Positions 27,715-38,123 of a DNA stretch of 64,000 bases are shown here, one piece after another. Every line of letters begins with the position of its first letter. The stretch's first letter is position 1. Source of the DNA: an uncultured Planctomycetia bacterium (GTDB taxonomy: Bacteria > Omnitrophota > Gorgyraeia > 2-02-FULL-51-18); assembly GCA_964642015.1 (NCBI GenBank), contig CAZXLF010000003.1, forward strand, positions 36,204 to 100,203, given 5' to 3'. The translations under genes and the position numbers were made by a program. The notes under the pieces were generated by a model. The model was not told the origin of the DNA, did not search any database, and saw nothing but the letters and a program-made list of their open reading frames with translations.

Positions 27715-28932
27715 ATGGATTACCGGAAAACAATAAGACTTTATTACGATTACGTTGTTCCTTGTTATACGAAGACGCCTCTGGTCCTCGAACGAGGCAA
27801 GGGAACCCGTGTGTGGGACGCTCATGGGGAAGAGTATCTTGATTTTTTTCCCGGTTGGGCTGTCAGCGGTATCGGGCATTGCCATAAAAGGGTGGTTGAA
27901 GCCATTAAACGGCAGGCCGAGATCCTGATTCACGTTTCTAACAATTACTACCACGAACAGCAAGGTTTGCTTGCGGAAGAGATCATTCGTCATGCATTTC
28001 CAGGCAAAGTATTTTTTTGTAATTCAGGAGCCGAAGCGAATGAAGCGGCATTCAAGTTGGCCAGGAGGGTCGGGAATCCGGGACGTTATGAAATCATCAC
28101 TATGGAGCGATCTTTTCATGGAAGGACGCTTGCTGGCATTGCTGCTACAGGTCAAAAGAAATATCAGGAAGGTTTTGAGCCGATCACGCCGGGATTTGTG
28201 ACCGTACCGTTCAATAATCTTGAAGCTGTGGAACGCGCGATCAATCCAAAAACAATCGCGATATTTTTGGAGCCGATCCAGGGAGAAGGCGGGATCCGCG
28301 TTGCGGATCAGGCTTACCTTTCTCAGTTGAGACGCATATGTAACGATAAAAAACTGCTTTTGATCCTGGACGAAGTGCAGACCGGTATGGGCCGAACGGG
28401 AAGGATGTTTTGCTATAAAAATTTTGGCCTTGAGCCCGACATAATGACTCTCGCCAAGTCGCTTGGCGGAGGTTTTCCTATCGGCGCGATGGTCGCAAAA
28501 AAGGAAATAGCCGACCTATTGCCTCCAGGAACGCATGCAACCACTTTCGGAGGAGGTCCGCTTGCATGTTCGGCCGCACTGGCGGTGTTTGAGGCGATTG
28601 ATAAGGAGAAGCTTATTGCCAATTGCGTGATCACCGGCTCGTATTTATTTAAAAAATTGCATGAGCTTAAAAAACGGCATCCTATGGTTCGTGAGGTGAG
28701 AGGGATGGGTCTGATGGCGGGCATCGAGCTTGAGATCGATGGAAAAAATATTTATGAAGAATGTTTGAAGAGGAAATTATTGATCAATTGCACACAGAGT
28801 AATGTGTTAAGACTCATGCCGCCGTTGGTTGTTAAGGAGAAGGAGATTGACCGCGCGATCCAGATACTCGAGGAAGTCATCGCTGCGGAGGAGGAAGTTC
28901 ATTTGGCTAAAGAAGGGAGTAAGATCGCATGA
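27715..28932 (+). CDS. argD: Acetylornithine aminotransferase
   Basis: NSGAEANE, FHGRT, DEVQTG, AKSLGGG, TTFGG; arg operon context. Confidence 0.94.
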   Translation: MDYRKTIRLYYDYVVPCYTKTPLVLERGKGTRVWDAHGEEYLDFFPGWAVSGIGHCHKRVVEAIKRQAEILIHVSNNYYHEQQGLLAEEIIRHAFPGKVFFCNSGAEANEAAFKLARRVGNPGRYEIITMERSFHGRTLAGIAATGQKKYQEGFEPITPGFVTVPFNNLEAVERAINPKTIAIFLEPIQGEGGIRVADQAYLSQLRRICNDKKLLLILDEVQTGMGRTGRMFCYKNFGLEPDIMTLAKSLGGGFPIGAMVAKKEIADLLPPGTHATTFGGGPLACSAALAVFEAIDKEKLIANCVITGSYLFKKLHELKKRHPMVREVRGMGLMAGIELEIDGKNIYEECLKRKLLINCTQSNVLRLMPPLVVKEKEIDRAIQILEEVIAAEEEVHLAKEGSKIA

Positions 28933-29972
28933 AAAAGAAGAGATCGAAGAAAAGCAGGGCCAGAAAACACACAAAAAAGACCGGAAGAAGATCGGAAAAG
29001 CAGCAAAAGATCAAAGTTTCATCAAAACCTTTTGAAGCCAAAGATCTTTTGAGCTTGAAAGAGATCCATGCCGGAGATCTGATGATGATCTTTAAGTTGG
29101 CGGAGAAGATGAAAAAAAATCCGCAGAGCTTTTATGGCAAGCTTAAAGGGAAGTCGCTTGCGCTTTTATTTCAAAAACCTTCAATGCGTACACGCATATC
29201 CTTTCAGATCGCCATGGGCCAGCTTGGGGCAGATTCGATCTACGTGGATCCCCAAGAGCATCCGTTGGGAGAACGTGAAACGATCAAGGACGTAGCGCGG
29301 GTATTATCGCGCTATTGCGATGCGATCGTGACGAGGACTTATCATCATTCGGATATTGAGGAGTTGGCGCGTTACGCCACAGTCCCGGTGATCAACGGTT
29401 TGAGCGATATGTACCATCCTTGCCAGACCTTGGCGGATCTTTTTACGATCCGGGAGAAATTCAAAACTATCCAGAAAATGAACATCGCGTATATCGGCGA
29501 CGGGAACAATGTGCTGAATTCTTTGCTTTACGGTGTCAGCAAGATCGGAGCGAACCTTTCGATCGCGACCCCGCGCGGTTACGAGCCCAGCGAAGAAATA
29601 CTGCGCGATATCAAGCTGATCGCGAAAGAAAGCGGCGCAAAGATCACATTATCCAATAATCCTTTTACCGCGATCAAGAATGCGCACGCGATCTATACGG
29701 ACGTTTGGGTCAGTATGGGTCAGGAAAAGCAGCGTGATCAGCGCATCCGCGATTTTCAGCCGTTCCAGGTGAACGGCGCGATCATCGGCAAAGCGCCGAA
29801 GGACTCGGTGATCATGCATTGTCTGCCCGCACATCGCGGAGAGGAAATTACTGATGAGGTGATCGAGCACCCGAGATCCGTTATTTTTGATCAAGCGGAG
29901 AACCGGCTTCACACGCAAAAAGCGCTTTTATATATTTTGCTGACCAGAAAGAAAAAAAGAGGCTCTAAGTAA
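28929..29972 (+). CDS. argF: Ornithine carbamoyltransferase with a basic N-terminal extension
   Basis: SMRTR, HPCQ, DVWVSMG, HCLPAHRG, QAENR. Confidence 0.94.
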   Translation: MKKKRSKKSRARKHTKKTGRRSEKQQKIKVSSKPFEAKDLLSLKEIHAGDLMMIFKLAEKMKKNPQSFYGKLKGKSLALLFQKPSMRTRISFQIAMGQLGADSIYVDPQEHPLGERETIKDVARVLSRYCDAIVTRTYHHSDIEELARYATVPVINGLSDMYHPCQTLADLFTIREKFKTIQKMNIAYIGDGNNVLNSLLYGVSKIGANLSIATPRGYEPSEEILRDIKLIAKESGAKITLSNNPFTAIKNAHAIYTDVWVSMGQEKQRDQRIRDFQPFQVNGAIIGKAPKDSVIMHCLPAHRGEEITDEVIEHPRSVIFDQAENRLHTQKALLYILLTRKKKRGSK

Positions 29973-30017
29973 TCAAGAGTTTTGAATAGAAAACATTTTA
30001 ATCTTTCGGAGGAATGA

Positions 30018-31187
30018 ATGAAGAAAGTCGTATTGGCTTATTCAGGGGGGCTTGATACATCCGTCGCCATTAAGTGGTTGAAAGATAGGAATTATGAAGT
30101 CGTTGCTTATATGGCCGACGTCGGTCAAGAGAAAACAACGACCGCTGCGATTGCGCGTGCTAAGGCAGCGGGCGCATCCAAAGTCGTGGTGAAGGATCTT
30201 AAAAAAAGATTCGTGACGGATTATATTTGGCCGGCTCTTAAAGCGGGCGCAGTCTATGAAGGTCGTTACACTCTGGCTACAGCGCTTTCTAGGCCGTTGA
30301 TCGCCGCCGAGCAAGTGGCTGTCGCTCACGCGGAAAAAGCCACCGCTGTAGCTCATGGCTGCACGGGAAAAGGCAACGACCAGGTGAGATTTGAAGTGAC
30401 GGTCCAGGCGCTTGATAGTTCGCTTGAGATTTTAGCGCCGGTGCGTGAATGGGAATTTAAATCCAGAGAAGACGAGATCCGTTATGCGGAGCGTCATCGT
30501 ATTCCAATCGACGTATCTAAAAAAAGTCCGTTTTCAATCGACAAGAATATTTGGGGCGTCAGTGTGGAGGCGGGAGTTTTGGAGGATCCGAATGCGGAAC
30601 CTCCTGTGAATTCTTTTCAATGGACACGCGGCGCCGAGTCAAGGGCTTTGAAAGAGAGAGTTGTCGAAATACAATTTGATAAAGGCGTTCCCGTGGGTTT
30701 GAACGGCAAGAGAAAAGATGCGTTGAACTTGATCGGCGAACTGAACGCGCTTGGTTCTCAATACGGCATCGGACGTATGGATATGATAGAGAATCGTCTT
30801 GTAGGCATTAAATCTAGGGAAACTTACGAGGCTCCTGCTGCGACGATTTTGCTTCAAGCGCATAAAGATCTTGAAGCGCTGGTGCTCGACAGGGAACTTT
30901 TACATTATAAGGAAGGCATCTCCCAAAAATATGCCGAACTCGTGTATTACGGACTTTGGTTCACGCCATTAAGGACGGCGCTGGATGCGTTCGTTGAAAC
31001 GACACAAAAAAAGGTGACTGGAAGTGTGAGAACGAAGCTCAGAAAGTATTCTTCGCATGTTGTCGGTCGCAGCTCACCACATTCCTTATATAAAGAGAGT
31101 CTTGCAACGTACAGCGCGAAGGACAAGTTTGACCAGCGTTTATCGAAGGGTTTTATAGACCTTTGGGCATTGCCTTATAAAAAATAA
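30018..31187 (+). CDS. argG: Argininosuccinate synthase
   Basis: AYSGGLDTS, HGCTGKGNDQVRF, ENRLVGIKSRE. Confidence 0.98.
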   Translation: MKKVVLAYSGGLDTSVAIKWLKDRNYEVVAYMADVGQEKTTTAAIARAKAAGASKVVVKDLKKRFVTDYIWPALKAGAVYEGRYTLATALSRPLIAAEQVAVAHAEKATAVAHGCTGKGNDQVRFEVTVQALDSSLEILAPVREWEFKSREDEIRYAERHRIPIDVSKKSPFSIDKNIWGVSVEAGVLEDPNAEPPVNSFQWTRGAESRALKERVVEIQFDKGVPVGLNGKRKDALNLIGELNALGSQYGIGRMDMIENRLVGIKSRETYEAPAATILLQAHKDLEALVLDRELLHYKEGISQKYAELVYYGLWFTPLRTALDAFVETTQKKVTGSVRTKLRKYSSHVVGRSSPHSLYKESLATYSAKDKFDQRLSKGFIDLWALPYKK

Positions 31188-31191
31188 ATGA

Positions 31192-31277
31192 GCGCACGAC
31201 TTATGCGAGCGTAGCAAACATCAAGTCATCTGCGCGAATTTATCCCGAGTAGACACGGCCTAGTGTTGGTGAGGGAT
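31192..31277. repeat. Intergenic REP-like hairpin pair between argG and argH
   Basis: GCGCA.GACTT...AAGTC...TGCGC and ATCCC...GACAC/GTGTT...GGGAT. Confidence 0.4.
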
Positions 31278-31291
31278 CCAAGAGAGGAAAG

Positions 31292-32671
31292 ATGCAAAAA
31301 AAACTGTGGGGTGGAAGATTTCAAAAAAAGATCGATACCCGCTTTGAGAGATTCAGCGCCTCTTTTCGGTGGGACAGACGGCTTCTGCCTTATGATCTGA
31401 AGATCGATGCCGCGCATGTGAAAGCGTTAAAAAAATGTGGTGTATTATCTTCCTTCGAGACAAAGAAACTTTTATCAGCGATCCGTCTTCTTGAAAGAAA
31501 ACATCAAAGCGGTTCTTTGAAATTAAAAGCGGACTCCGAAGATGTTCATTCTGCTATTCAAACGGAGATCGAGCGTATGGCGGGTATGCTTGCCCACAAG
31601 CTTCATACAGCCAGGTCCCGCAACGATCTTGTGAGCCAGAGTTCCAGGCTTTACTGTCTGGATCACGCTGATAAGATCATTGCTTTGATCGAAAAATGCC
31701 AAAGGGCTATTTTGTCCAAAGCGGATGAATATCAGGATCTCCTGATACCCGGAATGACGCATTTGCAGAATGCGCAAGTTTTGTCTCAAGCGCATATTTT
31801 TTTGGCATATCTGGAAATGTTGGAACGTTCCAAGACTAAACTTGTGTCAGATAAAACATTCATGGATCGATGTGTTCTTGGAAGCGGCGCGCTTGCCGGT
31901 GTTACGTTCGATCTTGATCAGAAGATGATAGCCAAAGAGCTCGGATTAAGCCGCGTTTCTACAAATAGCTATGATGTATCCGGAGACCGGGACTATATTT
32001 TCAGCTTCTTGTCTTCAATGGCATTTCTTGGGATACAGCTTTCTCGGATCGCGGAAGACTTGATGATAGGTCAGACAAAAGGTTTTTCTTTGGTCGACAT
32101 CGATCAATCTTATTGCACCGGAAGCTCAATGATGCCGCAAAAAAAGAATGCTGATTTTGTGGAGCTGGCTAGAGGCGCTTCGGGCATTTTAACAGGAAAC
32201 CTTCTTGGGCTTATGACGTCATTGAAAGGCCTCCCGAGTTCTTATAATCGTGATCTTCAATGGGATAAGAAATATCTTTTTGATTCAACAGAACTATGCG
32301 AGGAGCTTCTTGATATTTTTAGCGGTGTTTTTGGTACTTTAAAAATTGATCAAAAAAATGCCACAACACTTTTAGCAGACGAAAATTTGTATGCGACTGA
32401 TCTGGCAGATTATTTGGTACAAAAAGGGGTCGCTTTTAAAGAAGCGCACGGCCAAGTTGGTCAGATAGTGAGTTTTGCCGAAAAAAACAAAGTTAAGTTA
32501 TCCAAAATAGGCATTGATATTTTGAAAAAGTTTGCACCGCGCATCGAAGGGGATGTTTATGATCTGTTCGATGCAAAACATTCAGTAAAAATGAAAAAGA
32601 CCATTGGCAGCACGAATCCTGCCCAGGTTAAAAATCAAATCGGTCATTGGAAGAAAAAACTGAAGGACTAG
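31292..32671 (+). CDS. argH: Argininosuccinate lyase
   Basis: LWGGRF, HTARSRND, TGSSMMPQKKN, YNRDLQ. Confidence 0.97.
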   Translation: MQKKLWGGRFQKKIDTRFERFSASFRWDRRLLPYDLKIDAAHVKALKKCGVLSSFETKKLLSAIRLLERKHQSGSLKLKADSEDVHSAIQTEIERMAGMLAHKLHTARSRNDLVSQSSRLYCLDHADKIIALIEKCQRAILSKADEYQDLLIPGMTHLQNAQVLSQAHIFLAYLEMLERSKTKLVSDKTFMDRCVLGSGALAGVTFDLDQKMIAKELGLSRVSTNSYDVSGDRDYIFSFLSSMAFLGIQLSRIAEDLMIGQTKGFSLVDIDQSYCTGSSMMPQKKNADFVELARGASGILTGNLLGLMTSLKGLPSSYNRDLQWDKKYLFDSTELCEELLDIFSGVFGTLKIDQKNATTLLADENLYATDLADYLVQKGVAFKEAHGQVGQIVSFAEKNKVKLSKIGIDILKKFAPRIEGDVYDLFDAKHSVKMKKTIGSTNPAQVKNQIGHWKKKLKD

Positions 32672-32674
32672 AGT

Positions 32675-33952
32675 ATGCATCGGTTCCAATATAAAGGCAA
32701 AGAGCTTTACTGCGAAGAAACTCCGGTTTCAAGGGTTGCCAAAGAGATCGGCACGCCGTTCTATCTTTACAGCATCGGCACTTTTTTGGACCATTATCTC
32801 AAGCTTAAAAAAGCGTTTGAACCGGCAAATCCTTTGATCTGTTTTTCGATGAAGGCGAATTCCAATTTGACGGTGCTTAAAGCGCTCGTTGAAAAAGGTT
32901 CTGGCTTGGATATCGTATCGGGTGGTGAGCTTTTTAGGGCCAAAAAAGTCGGAGTGGATCCGCAGAAGATCGTTTACGCGTCTGTCGGAAAGACTGAAGC
33001 CGAGATCGAAGAGGCGATCCGTTCCAAGATCCTGATGTTCAATGTCGAGTCCATTTCAGAACTTGATGTGATCAACGCAGTCGCATGCCGGCTGAAAACA
33101 ACCCAAAAGGTTGCGATCCGTTTGAATCCGGATGTGGCGCCGGATACACATCATTACATTACGACCGGCAGCAAGCAGAACAAATTCGGCTTGGATGTTG
33201 ACACCGCGTATAAGCTTTTCATGGAATCATACCGTTATCCTTTTTTGCGTTTCGCGGGCGTTCATATGCATATCGGGTCACAGATCACGAATGCCAAACC
33301 TTTCGTGAAGGCCATCAAACGAGCGCTCAAGTTTATCGACAGTGTGCGGTTCGGAGGCAATCCAGTAGAATATTTGAACATCGGCGGTGGCCTCGGCATT
33401 ATTTATTCAAAAGAAAAACCGCAGACGGCGCAGGAATTCGCCGACGAAATCCTGCCCTTGTTCAAGGATTATGACCTGAAGAATGGGCTTAAACTTATTT
33501 TGGAACCAGGCCGCTTTGTTTCGGGTAATAGCGGTATTTTGGTAACTAAAGTGTTGTATATCAAAAAGTCCGAGGCCAAATCATTTGTCATTGTGGATGG
33601 CGGCATGAACGATTTGATCCGCCCCTCATTTTACGGCGCTTATCACGATATCATTCCTGTTATAAAATCAAAAAATTGGTCGCAACAGACGGTAAAGGCT
33701 GATGTGGTCGGACCGATATGTGAAAGCGGGGATTTTTTGGCGAAGGACAGGAAAATAAAGACTGTCGGTGTCGGCGATTTTCTGGCTGTGATGTCATGCG
33801 GCGCTTATGGATATGTAATGTCGAGCAACTACAATTCCCGTCCGCGTGTCCCCGAAGTAGTCGTGAAGGGTAGCCGGTTTTTTGTCGCAAAAAGGAGAGA
33901 ATCGCGGGAAGACTTGATAAGAAATGAGAGGATCGTACACGAGGTTGTTTAA
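32675..33952 (+). CDS. lysA: Diaminopimelate decarboxylase
   Basis: KANSN, HIGSQI, EPGR, GPICESGD, SNYNSRPR. Confidence 0.96.
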   Translation: MHRFQYKGKELYCEETPVSRVAKEIGTPFYLYSIGTFLDHYLKLKKAFEPANPLICFSMKANSNLTVLKALVEKGSGLDIVSGGELFRAKKVGVDPQKIVYASVGKTEAEIEEAIRSKILMFNVESISELDVINAVACRLKTTQKVAIRLNPDVAPDTHHYITTGSKQNKFGLDVDTAYKLFMESYRYPFLRFAGVHMHIGSQITNAKPFVKAIKRALKFIDSVRFGGNPVEYLNIGGGLGIIYSKEKPQTAQEFADEILPLFKDYDLKNGLKLILEPGRFVSGNSGILVTKVLYIKKSEAKSFVIVDGGMNDLIRPSFYGAYHDIIPVIKSKNWSQQTVKADVVGPICESGDFLAKDRKIKTVGVGDFLAVMSCGAYGYVMSSNYNSRPRVPEVVVKGSRFFVAKRRESREDLIRNERIVHEVV

Positions 33953-33970
33953 GATAAGTTTGGATAGCGT

Positions 33971-34780
33971 ATGAAATATATCAATTTCACTAAACTAGTC
34001 GGTGCGGGGAACGATTTTGTAGTTATCGACAACCGCCGTTCAATTTTCAAGAAAAATGCTGTACAGCTTGCAAAAAAAATTTGCGACCGTAAGTTTTCGA
34101 TCGGAGCGGATGGGTTGCTGCTGTTGGAAAAGTCCAAAAAGGCCGATGTGCGGATGCGCATTATTAATCCGGATGGCAGCGAAGCTGAAATGTGCGGTAA
34201 CGGCGTGCGTTGTGTTGCAAAATTCGCAGTTGAAAATAAGGTGACGGGCCCGAAGCTCAGCATCGAAACTTTGGCCGGTATTATTTATGCCGAAGTAAAA
34301 AATGATATTGTTAAGGCAAAAATGATAGATCCGAAGGATCTTAAATTGAATATGGATATCCGTTTAAATGGGCATAGCGAACACCTAAATTTTATTAACA
34401 CAGGCGTGCCTCATGCGATAAAAATGATGGCAACAGTTTCGAATTGCGACGTGGATAAGCTAGGTGAGGCGATCAGATATCATTCTCATTTTGCGCCGAG
34501 GGGGACAAATGTCGATTTCGTTTCTTTAAGAAAAGGCAACGCGATCGATGTGCGCACTTACGAACGTGGCGTCGAAGGTGAAACGCTCGCGTGCGGCACC
34601 GGGTCGACCGCTTCCGCGCTCGTTGCGGCTGCGATCAAGAATTTAAAGTCACCTATTTTGGTCCATACTAAAGGTGGAGAGGTTCTCAAGATTTATTTTT
34701 CAAGGACCAGAATGATGTTCCACGATGTTTACTTGGAAGGAAAGATACAAAAAACTTTTGAAGGGAGAGTGAGTTTGTGA
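33971..34780 (+). CDS. dapF: Diaminopimelate epimerase
   Basis: GAGNDF, EMCGNG, ERGVEGETLACGTG. Confidence 0.97.
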   Translation: MKYINFTKLVGAGNDFVVIDNRRSIFKKNAVQLAKKICDRKFSIGADGLLLLEKSKKADVRMRIINPDGSEAEMCGNGVRCVAKFAVENKVTGPKLSIETLAGIIYAEVKNDIVKAKMIDPKDLKLNMDIRLNGHSEHLNFINTGVPHAIKMMATVSNCDVDKLGEAIRYHSHFAPRGTNVDFVSLRKGNAIDVRTYERGVEGETLACGTGSTASALVAAAIKNLKSPILVHTKGGEVLKIYFSRTRMMFHDVYLEGKIQKTFEGRVSL

Positions 34781-35655
34781 AATTTCATGGATCGTTGGTA
34801 GCGCTTGTCACGCCGTTCAAGAACGGCAAATTGGATGAAAAGACATTAGCGAAGCTCGTGCGGCGTCACATTGAGGCGGGTACACACGGCATCGTTCCCG
34901 TGGGGACCACCGGCGAATCACCCACCTTGTCTTTCAAAGAGCATGAGCGTGTCATAAAAATTGTTGTGGAAGCTGCTCATCATGAGGTGCCTGTTATTGC
35001 GGGAACGGGTGCGAACAGTACAGATGAGGCGATATATCTCACAAAATTTGCAAAAAAAGCCGGTGCTGACGCCTCGCTTTCCGTGACACCTTATTACAAT
35101 AAGCCCACGCAGGAAGGGCTTTATCGTCATTACAAAGCCATAGCTGAAAACGCAAATTTACCTATTATTCTTTATAATGTGCCCGGGCGCACCGGGGTTT
35201 CGCTGTCGCCTGAAACCGTGGCTCGTTTGGCGGAGATCAAAAATATTGTAGCGATCAAAGAGGCGACCGGGAGCATGGATCAAACTTCGCATATTCTTTC
35301 TTTGTGTGATATCACAGTGTTGAGCGGTGACGATTCGCTGACATTACCGCTTCTTTCTCTTGGTGCTAAAGGAGTCATTTCGGTGATCGCGAATATTTTA
35401 CCGGAAGACACCGCAAAAATGGTGAACGCGTATTTTGAAGGCGATCATATAAAAGCCAAGGAATTGCACTACAAAATGTTCCCGCTGTGCCGGGCTCTTT
35501 TTGTGGAAACCAATCCGATCCCGGTCAAACGAGCGATGAAATTGTTGGGGATCTGCAGCGATGAGCTTCGCCTGCCGCTTTGCCCGATGAAAGAGTCGAA
35601 TGAAAAGATTCTAGTCAAAGCGATGAAAGACTACGGTCTTTCATTCAGAGGATGA
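34777..35655 (+). CDS. dapA: 4-hydroxy-tetrahydrodipicolinate synthase
   Basis: GTTGES, PYYNKP, YNVPGRT, IKEA, ETNPIPVK. Confidence 0.97.
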   Translation: MKFHGSLVALVTPFKNGKLDEKTLAKLVRRHIEAGTHGIVPVGTTGESPTLSFKEHERVIKIVVEAAHHEVPVIAGTGANSTDEAIYLTKFAKKAGADASLSVTPYYNKPTQEGLYRHYKAIAENANLPIILYNVPGRTGVSLSPETVARLAEIKNIVAIKEATGSMDQTSHILSLCDITVLSGDDSLTLPLLSLGAKGVISVIANILPEDTAKMVNAYFEGDHIKAKELHYKMFPLCRALFVETNPIPVKRAMKLLGICSDELRLPLCPMKESNEKILVKAMKDYGLSFRG

Positions 35656-35659
35656 AACA

Positions 35660-36460
35660 ATGATCAAAATAGCAGTGAATGGCGCATTAGGACGGATGGG
35701 TTCCCGCATACTCAGCCTGGCGTGCCGGTCAGAAGATTTTAAAATCGTCGGTGCATTTGAACATGCCAAGCATGACAGCATCGGGAAAGAATTAGGCAGC
35801 GCCTTGGGGTTGGGAGATTCTCTGAAAGTGAAGATCTCGCCGCTAACAGAGCATTCTTTAAAAAATGCGGATGTGATGATAGATTTTTCAAGTCCTGAAG
35901 GCGTAAAAAATTCATTAACGATAGCTGAAGCAGCTCGTAAAGCACTTGTCATCGGGACAACCGGCATAACGCCCGAAGGTATTTCACAGATCAAAAAATC
36001 ATCCAAGACGATCGCGGTCCTTTTTTCACCCAATATGAGCGTAGGTGCTAACTTTTTGTTTGAGCTTGCCCGTTTGTCTGCCGCGAAGCTGGGCCAAGGC
36101 TACGACATAGAGATCATTGAAGCGCATCACCGGTTAAAAAAAGATGCTCCGAGCGGTACCGCAAAAAAGATTGCTGAAGTGATCGCCGAAGAAAAGGGGT
36201 GGGACCTTAAGAAAGTGGCGAAATACGGTCGCGAAGGTATTACCGGAGAGAGGCCAATTGATGAGTTGGGGATCCATGTGATTCGCGGCGGAGATATCGT
36301 AGGTGAACATACCGTTTTATTCAGCGGACATGGTGAGATCATTGAACTGAAGCACACCGCGCTTTCCCGCGATGCGTTCGCCAGAGGCGCATTAGTGGCG
36401 GCAAGTTATTTGTCAAAAAAGAAACCCGGCCTTTATACGATGGCTGACGCATTGAAATGA
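35660..36460 (+). CDS. dapB: 4-hydroxy-tetrahydrodipicolinate reductase
   Basis: GALGRMG, IGTTG, EAHHRLKKDAPSGTA. Confidence 0.97.
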   Translation: MIKIAVNGALGRMGSRILSLACRSEDFKIVGAFEHAKHDSIGKELGSALGLGDSLKVKISPLTEHSLKNADVMIDFSSPEGVKNSLTIAEAARKALVIGTTGITPEGISQIKKSSKTIAVLFSPNMSVGANFLFELARLSAAKLGQGYDIEIIEAHHRLKKDAPSGTAKKIAEVIAEEKGWDLKKVAKYGREGITGERPIDELGIHVIRGGDIVGEHTVLFSGHGEIIELKHTALSRDAFARGALVAASYLSKKKPGLYTMADALK

Positions 36461-37629
36461 GCTTTTTTTTGGAACAGTCCGACCGGTTAAAATCTTTACC
36501 TCCGTATCTTTTTGTTGAGATCGATCGCGCGAAAAGAAAAGCGATCGCCAGCGGTGTAAAAGTTATTGATTTTGGCGTTGGAGATCCCGATCATCCGACG
36601 CCGAATTTTATTCTGCGCGCGATGCAGAAAGCGGTCAAAGACCCGTCCACGCATCATTATCCGCTGGATAGGGGTTACGCGCCGTTCCGGCAGGCAATAT
36701 CTCATTGGGTCAAAAAAAGATTCGGACAATCCTTTAATCCGGACACCGAGATCCTTCCTTTGATCGGTTCCAAAGAGGGGATCGCGCATCTTCCGCTGGC
36801 GTTCATTAACCCGGGCGATGTGGCTTTAGTGCCTGATCCGTGTTATCCGCCGTACAAAAGCGGGACAAGTTTTGCGGGCGGAAAACCATATCTTCTTCCA
36901 TTGAAAGAGGAGAATGGATTTCTCCCTGATTTTCATTCGGTACCCGCCGATGTGCTAAAGCATGCCAAGATGATCTTTGTCAATTATCCGAATAATCCCA
37001 CCGGTGCTACCGCGACGCATGTTTTTTATGAGAAATTGGTGCGTTGGGCGGCGGAACACAAGATATTGATTGTCTCGGATCTTGCCTATTCAGAGGTTTA
37101 TTTTGGAAAGGAGAAGCCGCTCAGCATTTTTGAGATCCATGGAGCCAAGCAAGTGGCCATTGAATTTCATTCTCTCTCAAAAACATGCAATATGACCGGC
37201 TGGCGTGTCGGTTTTGCGATAGGATGCGAAGAGGTTATCAATGCGCTTCTTAGGGTCAAATCGAATCTTGACTCTGGGGTTTTTACAGCGATCCAAAGGA
37301 CTGCGATGGAGGCGCTAAAAAATAGTTTTGGATTTTCCAAGAAAACCAATTTAGTATATCGCCGACGAAGGGATCTTTTGGTGAGCGGATTAAAAGAGCT
37401 CGGCTTTCCTGTGAAAAATGTGAACGCGAGTTTTTATGTTTTCACAAAACTTCCGAAAGGTTTACATGATTCTTCGACTTTTTGTAAGGATCTATTGGAA
37501 AAGACGGGTATTGTGGCAACGCCTGGTGTTGGTTTTGGTGCGGCAGGCGAAGGATTTGTGCGTTTTACTTTGACAGTTGCGGAACCCGAGATCAGGGAAG
37601 CGATCACCCGAATGAGGAAGATATTTTAA
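36457..37629 (+). CDS. dapL: LL-diaminopimelate aminotransferase
   Basis: PPYLF, LIGSKEG, NYPNNPT, SLSKT.NMTGWRVG; lies in the dap cluster. Confidence 0.87.
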   Translation: MSFFLEQSDRLKSLPPYLFVEIDRAKRKAIASGVKVIDFGVGDPDHPTPNFILRAMQKAVKDPSTHHYPLDRGYAPFRQAISHWVKKRFGQSFNPDTEILPLIGSKEGIAHLPLAFINPGDVALVPDPCYPPYKSGTSFAGGKPYLLPLKEENGFLPDFHSVPADVLKHAKMIFVNYPNNPTGATATHVFYEKLVRWAAEHKILIVSDLAYSEVYFGKEKPLSIFEIHGAKQVAIEFHSLSKTCNMTGWRVGFAIGCEEVINALLRVKSNLDSGVFTAIQRTAMEALKNSFGFSKKTNLVYRRRRDLLVSGLKELGFPVKNVNASFYVFTKLPKGLHDSSTFCKDLLEKTGIVATPGVGFGAAGEGFVRFTLTVAEPEIREAITRMRKIF

Positions 37630-38123
37630 TGGCAAACGTTTATCTAGGCATTGGTTCAAATATGGGAGACCGCGCGGCCAACATCGACAGAGCGATGACT
37701 TTGTTGAAAGAGCATAAGGATATAAAAGTCATTGCCGAATCGTCTTTGATCGAGACTGATCCGGTAGGCGGACCCGCGCAACCAAAATTTTTGAACGGCG
37801 CGATTCAAATTGACACAGACTTGATGCCGCTTGATCTTCTTTCGCAGCTCAAGATCATTGAGCGTCGGTTAGGGCGCGTAAAAGGCGAACCAAATTCGCC
37901 AAGACCGATCGATCTGGATATTCTGTTTTATGATGATGTGGTGATCGTAGACGGTAAAAATCTTACGATCCCGCATCCCAAAATAGCCGAGAGGTTTTTC
38001 GTGTTAAAACCGCTGCTTGAAATAGCGCCTGAATTGGTGCATCCCCGCCTGAATAAATCCATCAAAGAGCTTGCCAAAGCCGTCAAAACCCATGAAGGTC
38101 GTAACCGACTCCAAAGCGCTTAG
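37629..38123 (+). CDS. folK: 2-amino-4-hydroxy-6-hydroxymethyldihydropteridine diphosphokinase
   Basis: YLGIGSNMGDR, PRPIDLDIL, IPHP. Confidence 0.95.
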   Translation: MANVYLGIGSNMGDRAANIDRAMTLLKEHKDIKVIAESSLIETDPVGGPAQPKFLNGAIQIDTDLMPLDLLSQLKIIERRLGRVKGEPNSPRPIDLDILFYDDVVIVDGKNLTIPHPKIAERFFVLKPLLEIAPELVHPRLNKSIKELAKAVKTHEGRNRLQSA

